Shown: in pieces, positions 54,101 through 64,000 of the stretch | Layout of the letters: each line of letters opens with the position of its first letter | How positions within the stretch are numbered: the stretch's first letter is position 1 | From: Owenia fusiformis | Lineage: Eukaryota | DNA: 64,000 nucleotides | Assembly (NCBI GenBank): GCA_903813345.2 | Contig: CAIIXF020000001.1 | Location: 41,788,001-41,852,000 of the forward strand | Reading direction: 5' to 3' | Translations under genes and position numbers: made by a program | The notes under the pieces: generated by a model | Seen by the model: the letters and a program-made list of their open reading frames with translations, nothing else | Database searches by the model: none | Told to the model about the DNA's origin: nothing

Positions 54101-57100
54101 TCTTTTTGGTATTTACAGACTGATTACAGACTTGCATAAGGATTGTTTGCATGAAAACAGAAATTGTGACCTTTGTGTCACTAGTTTCTATCACTCTGTA
54201 GATTTTGTACAAGTTGAGGTTTTGACCAAAATAGCTGATTTATATTTTGATAGATAGATACGGGAATTCTAGGCATTCTGCATGTATCTAACACAACCAA
54301 TCAAAACACATGTCTTACTCATGGCATTCTGTTTTGACATTTTTGCAGGCACGTTACCAATGAAAAAAGTTAAATTCACAACAAATTTAGAACATGAAAA
54401 AATTAACAACTTCAAGCTATTGCAAACTAGTTTTGCAAGAAATAAGGTGGATAAGGTAAGATATCGAGAGTGGTGTGATATGTGGTCAGTTAAGGCAAAC
54501 AATACTTCTCTCAACTAAATGTCCCTTCAGAGCCTGTCACATAATCTGATATGATCTCCCCAGCATTGAAGCATTGTGGGCAGTGTACCCACTTGAGATT
54601 TTGCACCCACCTGAAGTCCTATTGGCACTCACTTGAAAATGAGAAAAATCAAGAATTTTTTTTAATTTGGCACTCTCTTAAGGCAAGATGCTGGGAGATC
54701 ACTGGTGTTATTATCCTACCAAATGAAGTTAGGGTAGTTTGGGATATAGAAAAGCTGGCCTAAGCTGTCCAGGCGATAACTCTTATACAGTTTAATTAAA
54801 GTGATTCAGAATTCAGCCTGTTTGATTGCATAATATATTACTTCCATCTCCTGGTTACTATGTGAAATTTATGAAAGACTATGAATCGAGTCTACTTAAT
54901 TTAAGATGTATTTTTTCAATTGTATTTTAACTGGGTGTCTACATGTACTTACAAAATGATCAATTCCAAAAGGGATATATGTTTTGAGAGAATTATTGTA
55001 ACAGTATAAGCATTATTATTTCTGGCTTGACTGTGGCTTGCTTCACCCACCATTCAACAAATCTGGTGTTGTGCTTTGTATTGCATTGAGTTGCATAGAG
55101 TTACAGTATAACAGTTCATAACTGATTTTTTGTTGTGAGATTTGATTCATGTTGTATCATTGCATAATCTAATGTTAACAACCCCTCAAAACCAGAAAAC
55201 TTGATCATCAATGAGTATGTTTAATATGTGCATTGGGTTCACTTTACAGATAAACTTAGTTTGCATGTTTTTTCTGAATTTGCTTTGAAATCTTAATAAC
55301 CAAATTGGATTAATTGAGGGGAAATAATGGGTTACTTTCCAAGTATGGGTCTGTTTTTATTTTACTTTGCATGAGCTTAGAGACATTTCTCAACTACAAG
55401 CAATCGAGCATGTGTATACATTAAGGGTCTAACGGTGCACCGAAACTGCGGTGCTCCGCGGTTCTAGGGCCTCGGTTGGTACATTCGGTTTGAAAACTCT
55501 GATGTTCGGTTTTTTAACGGTTCGTTAATTCTGAAAAAAAGTGCCGTTCGCTAAAGTTGAGGAAGATGAATCTCGAAACGAGGGATGAAGATTTCGGCAT
55601 TCAAAGTCGTATAAGGCCCACTGTTGGGGTTATTTTGGATTTCCAACGAGAGATGGTGTTGAATACATTAGTTAGATGAAGTGTCAATTTGAGTTATTTG
55701 ACTTTTTACATTAAAGTGCGATAAGAACCGAAAACCGAACCGAAACCGAACCGAAAAGATAAAAACTGTGAACCGTACCGAACCGAGGAATTATGAAACC
55801 GTGAGAGTCCTAGTATACATGTGTACATTCTGCTTTGGAATGCCAAATTGAATTTGGGATATTTGTTGAAAGACAGCGTGCTTGAATTTGAATACTTAAC
55901 TTCACCACATACCTTTCATCCCAAAATGTTTCATATATAATCAGCATTAATTTCTTTGTGTGATTCAACCATTAATCACTTGGATAAATATTTTCTCCCA
56001 AGATTCAAAAGTGGTGGTACCAGAAAATGGCAGAAACGAGTAATTGTTTTTGTTTTGTAAAGAATCAATTCAGCACTATACATGCACTATACATGCACTA
56101 ATGTCATGTATACCACTCTTGGCCATTGAAATTGTACAACCAGCTTTATGTGTAGATTATCCATAACATCCAGAATTTTCAGCAAAATATCTTGTAAAAT
56201 ATAAAAATGGCCATCACTGCCAAAAAATCATATTTCAATCAGTTTTTTGATTGCACTTTCACCATGTGAGCCCAGTATCCATGGTACTATTTATTTTAGT
56301 TAACAATGCAATGTTTTGCAATTGTGTAAATGTATCCCTGTATTGCTTTGAGATTTATGTGTTTGTTATCCAAGTGTAAATGTATCCCTGTATTGCTTTG
56401 AGATTCATGTGTTTGTTATCCAAGTGTAAATGTATCCCTGTATTGCTTTGAGATTTATGTGTTTGTTATCCAAGTGTAAATGTATCCCTGTATGGCTTTG
56501 AGATTAATGTGTTTGTTATCCCACCAAATGTAGTTAGAGTAAGGATCCACATTTAATATAATTTAATTGTGTGTAAACTACATACTACATATGTACATTA
56601 TTCATAAATGTTCTTTATGTATCGTTCTTACATTTATTACAACCAATTTTTTTTTGTTATTTGCCTAGGTTGTCCCAGTAGAAAGACTAGTAAAAGGAAA
56701 GTTCCAAGACAATTTTGAATTTGTCCAGTGGTTTAAAAAGTTCTTTGATGCCAACTATAGCGGTCAAGAATATGATGCCGTGGGTGCGAGAGGTGGTGTA
56801 GGAATGGGTGGAGGGGGTCCAGGGGGTCCAGGTAAGATAGAGATATGCACTTTAAAATAAACCCGTGCACTATTATACCAAATTACATTAATTTAAAAAG
56901 ATAATAAAGCATTGGCTTTATACGTTTAACCCTAAGTTATTATCAGTAGTGCCTTTTTATAGCACTTTTTTAAGTGCTTTTATCTTGTTGTCTTATGCCG
57001 TTGGCTGTGAGTTGTCTCTTTGGGTAGATAGGCAGACACCAAGTAAACCGACTTGTGCCAAGATCTGCAACATTATAATATATACTGTGTGTATATTTAG

Positions 57101-60100
57101 GTCCCAAGAAGGCCACTAGTGCTTTTAACAAACCCCCTACAACACGAGCCCCCAGACCAGGAGCACCTAAAGCAGGTGAGTGTTTCTCTCGTAGATTTAT
57201 CACTAGATCCATGTTAAGATACCATAAAGCATTGAGATTAATCTTTGAACATTTGTCTCGATATCATATAACCTTTTTAATTCATCAGAAGGCTGCATGT
57301 GTTTAATTCTTTGTTTTGCAGCCCCAGCAAAAGCTGCCCCAAAAACATCTCCTTCTGCGGGACTTGTACGAAAAACCGCAGGTGGTGCTGGTGATTCTGC
57401 TCAAATAGAATCATTAACAGCACAAGTAAGTAGGCCATCTATATTGTTTAAATAAAACATCCAGTCTTTCAGCTGGCACCATCTCATGTTTCACCCCAAA
57501 TTCTACACTTAATCCATTTTGTTAACATCTTCATAACACGAGAATCATAGTTGTCAGAATATGTTTTAAAAACATCTACATATTAGACCAGCTTTAAATA
57601 TTTACACATATACAATTTGGTTTTGATATCTGTTTTTTCAGGTTTCAGAACAAAAATTTACAATAGAGGGACTAGAAAAAGAAAGAGATTTTTATTTCGG
57701 AAAATTACGAGATATCGAAGTCATGTGTCAAGAATCAGACCAGTTGGAAACCCCTCTAATAACCAGTATATTGAATGTATTATATGCCACTGAGGTAAGA
57801 AAATGCTTTGTGTTTCACACTTAAATTATAACATTACTTAGTACTATTGAATCCAATGTTTCAATGGTAGAAGTCATAATGAGAATATGGAAAGTATGAT
57901 GTCATAATAAGAGAACAGTAGACCAATCAAAGGATGAGTCGGGATATATGCACTTTTGGTCCCTTGCTTCAATATAGTTTTCATTGCTGTCCGAGTTATA
58001 TTTGATAAATATATGGATTTTTGTGATTTTGTATGCATTATTAAACTCCTGCTGTGAGTCAAAATAAGTATCTCAACTAAAAACAAATCATTATCATGAA
58101 AACACAAATGGCAGCATATATGAAATACAAAGTAGAAACAACCAAAATACAAAGAGTTTAAAAGAAAATCACATTTATGAAATATTGAATTTCCTGCCAT
58201 TTTTATTAAAATGGAGACAAAACAAGATAAGATGGCTGCCACTTGATGTTAAAAATATCAGAAAAACTTGCTTCACTAACATTATGTACAACTCCATCAA
58301 CACTATTGATGTTTCATAATAGGATGCCCAGCAACTTGAGTGGCTATATTCCTGTACCCAGATAAATATCAATTCAGTTATCAAGAATTGTCGAATTCGT
58401 TGTTCCCTCTTCAAAAGAGGAGACGCGAAAGATTTTCCTTATAAGGTCAAATTATTTACCATGATGCAGTTCGCGGAGGAACAAATCCATACTTCCTTGT
58501 TTTCCCCCATAGGTTTAACATGGGATTTTCACACATATTTTTAAATCGATATATTTATTCATATATCCGTACGGGAGTACAGAAAAAATTATCAGGAATA
58601 ATTGATCTCCTATTAATCTTAATATAACAGATTTTTTTTTTTCATTGATTTGATTCATAGTGTGGTAAAAACGATGATTGTAAAGTGAGAAAATATTCCG
58701 GAAAAAAAGTGATCAGTTGACTAGTCGCCATATTGGAAAAAATAATTTCATTCGATTTTCAACACTTTCATTCCAAGCAACAACAGAATAAAAGCACTCA
58801 TCTTCAAATTGCATTATAGAGTTACATTGAAAACCAACAAACAACTGAGTAATTGACAATAGAAGAAGCGTTGCTATTAACTTGGTCAATTGGTGTCCAA
58901 AAGCAAATCTATAGTACTCATTTCCGAATTTTATTGTTCTTTGTGCAAGCCTTTCTTGATTATACTTGGTATTCTGACCATTAAAGCAATGACAAAGAAC
59001 AATTTTTCTGATGGTGTCATTGTTTTATTTATTTTATTTAGCGTGCGGGTGTAAAAACAAAATTGCGTATAGTTTGATTTAGAACTTTCGGGTCATGCAA
59101 ATAGCTATGCTGATGTATCGTTGGAAAATATTGACCAATCAAATTTTGTCTTTTTTGAGGGCTTTTTAAGTACATATTTTCGTACCTTCTTAATTAAAGA
59201 GCGAACCACGAAAGGCTTAATTGCCATTCAATGCCTAGACCAAGAGAGTAGACTATGTTTTGTAGGATGTGTTTCAAACTTTTTGGGTAAATCATTAATC
59301 TAGTACATGTATTTGCACTTGACATATTTAATCAATTCTAGCATATTGATATGCACTGTCTTTGCTTATATTTTTATTACATTAATCATGATGCAAATTG
59401 ATATTTTGGGGCTCTCGGAAAAGGGATGGGGTATTAAGGTTTAATAATATGTGTGATTGAGTTGGTTTTCAAGATTTTACAATTTTTAGTAATTTTAAGT
59501 CAATATCCCGACTCATCTCCCGACTTTCATAAAAGGAATGTTTTGGGAAATAAACACCATGTATCCATATTTTGAATTGTCCTAACTTGGTCGCATTAAG
59601 GTAATATTCAACTAAAAAGAGAACAGGAACTGTAAGTAACAATCTTACCAAAAATGGATCCCAGTATACTAAAATTATCAATATCAAATGTTCGATAATG
59701 TTGATTATGAATGAAGTGTTAGTATTGGTGCTATATAACTTGGTTTGAAGTGAACAAAAATAACAATGTAATTTGCACAGACAAAGCTTGCTGTACTAAG
59801 CCAGACTCAATGCTGCTCACACCATGAAACTAATGTCACTTTTTATACAAGTATTTCAGGGGATTTTGGACAAATTGATCAGGGTGTATCCCCTACTGAG
59901 TCCCTATCATTGAAATTTATATCATGTATGCATTTGAGACTAATTCATCTTAACTTGTAGGATGGTTTTGCTCCTGCCGAGGATGAAGCAGCAGAAGAGG
60001 AGGAATTTCATTAAATGTTAGTATACCACACAACTCGGTGCCGATATCTGCATCTATGCTACCAGATTACATCATCACATTCGCTTCCTTTTTTCAACTC

Positions 60101-62375
60101 GCATGGCTTGTGTTCAAATTTTGTGTGCGTGGATTGTGGATTTCTGTTACTGCATCAAATGTTTTGAAGGGGGAATCGAGGGGGGGGGGTTATTAGATTA
60201 GTGATGCCAGACTTATTTTATTTCAGTTTGTTTTAAAACCAACAAAGTTTGAACTAAGTTGTGCTTATATTACCATATAGAGCTTATTGACAAGAGATAT
60301 GATTGGTTGATTTGTATCACATGTCAGTCAAACAGCTCTTAAGGTGTTTACAATCTCGCACCTGTCATACAGCTATTTTCAATCTGGAACCCATATATAA
60401 ATAGTCATCATTTAAAAAAAATAAAGTTTTTGTTGAGATCCAGATTTCAGTATATTAACCACAAAAAAGCATGACAGATTTGAAAAACCTGATATATTCT
60501 GATATTGTACAGGTAACCTGAGCCAGAATTTTTCAATGCTTGATATATATCTAAGTTGCTTTTCTTCCAATATTGATATCAGTTGAATAATAGGTGCTTC
60601 AATGTATTTTTGTCCATCTTTCAGATAAATGTTCGCCTTCTTTCTAAGCCTTCTCCTCATATAGGCCTACAACTCCATTTCTCAAAAATACAACAGATTC
60701 CTATTAGTGCACTTCAGGGCATTCAAGATTTTTAGCAGGCTTTTGGCAACATATTTTTAATTTGAATGTGAATTTTGAGAAAATACCTGCCCTTAGCATT
60801 AATGGGTCCCCACATCATCCATTGGTCACCCTATGTTAGTATATGAGGCATATCTTATCATATAAGCATCCATTACTTATTGATCATCCCTCTAATTTTG
60901 AGAATGAGATATGTTCAGATGGCCTAGAATTCAATATAATGTCACATTGAAAGAATTATGCAGAAGCATAAACAAAAATTCTTTCCCAACTCTAAGTATT
61001 TCTTGTCTGGTTGTTGGACTTGTTCAGTAATTGATTTGTATATAGTGAATACAGACTCCTAATAAAACTTAAAACGTTTTTTAATTTCAATAGATGTGAC
61101 ATTATTTTGGAGAGTTGTTCTAATTTTTATGTAAAAAACCATTAATAGTTTTTGTTGTTTCCCCTTTTAGATTTATTTTCTAGTCAGTCACCATTCTTTA
61201 TATGTGCTTTAAATGTTCTCTTTTTCATGTGATGTTGTTGGTGTATGTAATTAAAATCAGAAATATCAATAAACATTGAAATGAAAAAGCTAATCCCATG
61301 AAAAAATACAAATTTCAGCTATGATTTAAGAATAGAGTGGTGATTTACACACTGATTTACATTTATACTTTCTTTTGTTTATTTATTAATGCATGTTTAG
61401 TTGTTTTGATATAGCCTAGAGCAGAGGCCGACTAAAAACCGCTGTGTGCATGGCAAACCAACCAGCATATTGTAATGATTTCATTTTAATATGAATTTAT
61501 TTGATATTCATCATCATACAAAATACTTCATCTTTTACAGATATTTCAGAAATTTGATGAGCGTAAGCAGTGCATAAGCTGAACTGTTTATTTGAATGTT
61601 TCTCATGTTATTCAGTCAGTGAATCACGTCTGTACTCCCTTTTAAAATAACCAGAGACTCATTTTTAACCAAAGTTACAAAAATGACTCCGAAATCAACA
61701 AATTGAAATTGCAATATTTGTTCGTTCCTCTGTCTGCCCCTTCGTCTTGCTTACATGATGTGAGTATCAGACATGCTTTAACCTGGCATAACTTAAAAGT
61801 TCTTGAAAACCAGAGCTGTGTGTGTTTCATGTACTCTATCTTATGTTTAGGATGGCTTTGTAGTGGTTGGTGATGATGATGTGTAACTGATGTGAAGGTA
61901 GTTTAGATGCTAGTGTAGCTTCTCTGTGTCATAGAGCTTCAATGTTAACATGTTGAGCTTCATCAGCCAATGTACATACCATTACCAATAGGTTCATTTT
62001 GCATATTACTCACCGGGCTACCCCCTGTATACTTTAATCATCCATCCACTGGTATACAGTATTTAATCCATATGATTCCATAGTGCTTATTTCTCTATGT
62101 GGATCTCAGAGTATTGCTTGTTAAATGGTTGAAACTTGCATCCATGTCCAGGGCTCAAGAGATGGAAAATGGATTTCAAACCCATTGCATTGTTATATAT
62201 GAAATATCAGCAAATAATAACCTAGCAATGACCTTTAAGCTCTCTCTGAGCCAGGGCTTTATGTTGCACCCTGTTTGATTATTTTTCTCATTTAGTTGAT
62301 GTGCCTGTATATTCTATGTTCCTACAGAGTGGCTTTGCTGTACCTGAAGATGAGGAAGTATTTGAGGAATATTGA
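45119..62375 (+). CDS. MAPRE1: Microtubule plus-end protein EB1 (MAPRE/RP-EB family); coding exons 45119-45239, 45679-45717, [52903-53009 or 54349-54455], 56669-56831, 57101-57175, 57322-57425, 57642-57794, then one of three C-terminal exons
   Basis: CH domain [25 protein letters not shown]...GAPYCQFMD...[24 protein letters not shown] domain [18 protein letters not shown]...LYATE; 762 nt of shared frame (254 aa). Symbol denotes the family, likely co-ortholog of MAPRE1/2/3. Confidence 0.96.
45744..46194. mobile_element. PIF/Harbinger-like MITE
   Basis: taa|ggccatacaaagtagattctttgttttgcgtcc ... ggacgcaaaacaaagaatctacttcttatggct|taa. Confidence 0.8.
46250..46541. mobile_element. hAT-like MITE remnant
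   Basis: tagggttgcaacag ... ctgtggcaaccctg; TSD unclear. Confidence 0.55.
46678..47690 (+). mobile_element. HINE/DINE-1-like (Helentron-associated) element
   Basis: Subterminal IR atcccatcgaac (46683) / gttcgatgggat (47653), (gtcc)n microsatellite, internal tandem cores, 3' stem-loop gctacgctttggcgttgc; 5' fragments also near 49184 and 56514. Confidence 0.8.
47933..48472. mobile_element. 540-bp palindromic element with CAC...GTG ends and 5-bp TSD
   Basis: cactgctacccacctagttacacagacgtatc ... perfect inverse; attat duplicated; empty site matches sibling copy at 25675. Confidence 0.9.
48540..52238 (+). mobile_element. Decayed Academ-type DNA transposon (3.7 kb) in EB1 intron
   Basis: TIR tagtacaggcta / tagcctgcacta with degenerate arms ~170 bp, 3-bp TSD taa; broken coding remnants [51 protein letters not shown] and Cys-rich CK...CRC...CSC...CQN. 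Confidence 0.82.
49692..50208 (+). mobile_element. Tc1/mariner deletion derivative nested in the Academ element
   Basis: Inverted copy of 39623-40197; TA flanks; [42 protein letters not shown] remnant. Confidence 0.85.
52473..52700. mobile_element. Degenerate MITE related in structure to 13122-13281
   Basis: tacactaaaacctgtgtacagtgagcacc start and repeated gtgttcacta/agaggg units. Confidence 0.55.
52903..53009 (+). CDS. MAPRE1: EB1 mutually exclusive CH-domain exon 4a
   Basis: tttctag|107 nt|gtaaaa; (N)[35 protein letters not shown]. Confidence 0.93.
54349..54455 (+). CDS. MAPRE1: EB1 mutually exclusive CH-domain exon 4b
   Basis: ttttgcag|107 nt|gtaaga; (S)[35 protein letters not shown]. 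Confidence 0.9.
55422..55812. mobile_element. hAT-type MITE with 8-bp TSD
   Basis: gtatacat duplicated (55414-55421, 55813-55820); subterminal aaccg/cggtt repeats; [13 protein letters not shown]-finger-like remnant. Confidence 0.85.
56324..56521. repeat. 50-bp minisatellite, 4 near-identical copies
   Basis: gtgtaaatgtatccctgtattgctttgagatttatgtgtttgttatccaa starting at 56324, 56374, 56424, 56474. Confidence 0.95.
58700..59110. repeat. Dispersed repeat, inverted copy of 43170-43600
   Basis: attaaagcaatgacaaagaa...agtttgatttagaactttcgggtcatgcaaatagcta. Confidence 0.8.
59961..60014 (+). CDS. MAPRE1: EB1 C-terminal exon [18 protein letters not shown]
   Basis: cttgtag| phase-0 acceptor; GF-x-P plus acidic tail; AATAAA at 60420, 61061 and 61268. 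Confidence 0.9.
   Translation, partial: DGFAPAEDEAAEEEEFH
61851..61886 (+). CDS. MAPRE1: EB1 C-terminal exon [12 protein letters not shown]
   Basis: atgtttag| phase-0 acceptor; begins DGF like exon A; possible donor AAG|gtagtt at 61898. Confidence 0.75.
   Translation, partial: DGFVVVGDDDV
62328..62375 (+). CDS. MAPRE1: EB1 C-terminal exon [16 protein letters not shown]
   Basis: gttcctacag| phase-0 acceptor; GFAVPE and canonical EEY end. Confidence 0.9.
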   Translation, partial: SGFAVPEDEEVFEEY

Positions 62376-63374
62376 GCACCAGGCCTAAAGGGTGTCCCAT
62401 GTATATGTGACAAGCGGGACACCCTGTATATGTATAGGTAGTCTAGTTATGATTGGCTGGCTTGGTGATTGGGGCTTATTCTTGATGTATCACAGTAATT
62501 TGACTCTAATCACTTATTGGTAGATTGAGTGTCTCCTAGGAGATTAATGGAATTCAGGTGTTACCTGGGTGATTGATTCAATACAATAGTGTCGCCCATG
62601 GTGATTATTATGATATAATAGTGTCATCCCTTTTCATGTCCTAACCTTGAATTTCCAGTTGAAGTCCTCAAACATATTCAAATGTTGAATTGAAATTATT
62701 ACCAGATATTTTTAAATTATCATAAGTCTTAATATTGCTTGATACTACTCCAATACGCGATAAAGTTTTGTTTAGTTCAGTTTAGTAACCTCCCATTTGA
62801 AGAACTCTCATGTACGGTGCAACTTTGTCTACATCCGGGTTCTTTCCCATTTGATTACACAGGGGTACGATTTTCAATGCCGCACTGCAGCCTTATTTAA
62901 CATTTATGAAGAGTTGCATTTGCAGAAACAATAGATATGTACTGAGTATGTAATTAAGATATACAACAAGGCTTTTTGAACTATAATCCCCAAATCAGAA
63001 GAAATCTGTATTTGGAAATCCCGTCCAATAGACTAGGTGCGAGTAGAAATAATCTTGATTTACGTCATTAAATATTCAAAATTCAGTCAAGGTGATGTCA
63101 TATTTGAAATCTGCATGTAAAAGTACATCTAGAAATATGGTTTCGAAAATTGTTTATCAACTTTGAAAATTTATTTTTTTTGAAAATGTGACTTCTTGTT
63201 CGGGTTGATTCCCCATAGACCCCATGATACAAAATCACAAAAAGTGAAATATCTTTTCTTGTATTGGATAGATAACATTTTCCTTTACTGGACATATTTC
63301 AGTTTGCATAACTATTAGATACATAAGGGTTATATGAAAATTGAATCATTAAAACAGATGTGATTTAAGTTTAA

Positions 63375-64000
63375 GGGAACTTTCTCCTATACCCGCCATG
63401 CTATCTGACCCGAACGAGCCACCTGGTGGTGAATCTGGTAACTACCTACTCGCATCTGCGTTATTCCAATGACGTCACTGATTTCCAAGAAATTGCTTAG
63501 ACACCATTGAAGATCAAACTTTGAATCTCGGATTATCTTTCTGATTATTGAATAGATTGGATCATATAACTATGCTTGAGGGCTGATGGAAGATCGGAAG
63601 CTGAGAAACTGTCATTTTGTCAAAATTCACGCTAGTTTTATCAGAATTTGTTGAAATTTCGTTTGAGTAATTGTCCGCCATTTTGATCCTATACATTCGC
63701 TATGATGTACTCATCGACCAATGAAATTAGCGGATCGTGACCTTTGACTTTGCAATCTCCGGACATTTCATTCAGAGTAATTGACTCGTTCGGTAGGCCA
63801 ATGAAAATTTGTCCCTTCCAAAGTGATGCGAATTAGAGTATTGAATTACATGTACAGCACATAACAATTGATGTGCAGCTCCAGATTAAACCAAAATGAA
63901 TGAACTTTTTCTAATCTTTAGAGATTTTTTGTGTTTCTATTACTTAAAATTAAGCTTTTAGGCGGTAATATTTTAATCAATGATGCAAGCATAGCTTTTT
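63375..64000. mobile_element. Possible TTAA-flanked element running off the window
   Basis: ttaa|gggaac start followed by a shift to CpG-richer sequence; partner TIR not visible. Confidence 0.3.

Noticed and set aside
54349..54455. Exon 4b as a second EB gene or pseudogene fragment
   Set aside because: No other duplicated upstream exons; same length and phase, intact splice sites, placed between exons 3 and 5
56324..56521. CRISPR-like array
   Set aside because: Contiguous 50-bp tandem units with no unique spacers, no cas genes, eukaryotic intron
57030..57045. Additional EB1 micro-exon (ggcag|acaccaa|gtaaac)
   Set aside because: 7 nt would shift the frame, and the acceptor context is weak
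62373..62444. Stop-codon readthrough or selenocysteine at exon C TGA
   Set aside because: Context is TGA-G, the stop follows the canonical EEY end, and the hairpin is explained by MITE TIRs with no SECIS features
1..64000. tRNA, rRNA or snRNA genes
   Set aside because: None recognised by eye; a covariance-model scan would be needed to exclude small ncRNAs

Overview
AT-rich, intron-containing genomic DNA from an animal, probably a marine invertebrate; the taxon cannot be fixed from sequence alone. Most ORF-track entries are exon fragments or noise. Manual GT-AG splicing gives five frame-consistent genes: (1) an uncharacterised S/K/R-rich protein (+, 2872-5037); (2) a BTB-BACK-Kelch protein (-, 9445-6548); (3) a 21-exon DLGAP5/HURP homolog of ~1305 aa (+, 10298-24012), head-to-head with gene 2; (4) proteasome subunit PSMB2 (-, 36749-27651, 6 exons); (5) a MAPRE/EB1 gene (+, 45119-62375). 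The EB1 gene is the most interesting feature. It has a duplicated, mutually exclusive 107-nt exon in the microtubule-binding CH domain, and three paralogous C-terminal exons giving the tails -EEEEFH, -GDDDV and -EEY. Only the last has the canonical terminal aromatic residue. Introns and the PSMB2/EB1 intergenic region are packed with palindromic, often nested non-autonomous DNA transposons with readable TIRs/TSDs, plus a decayed Academ-type element and a HINE/DINE-like element. Several promoter-like motifs and strong splice donors between PSMB2 and EB1 lie inside such elements. All gene models were read by eye, without RNA evidence.
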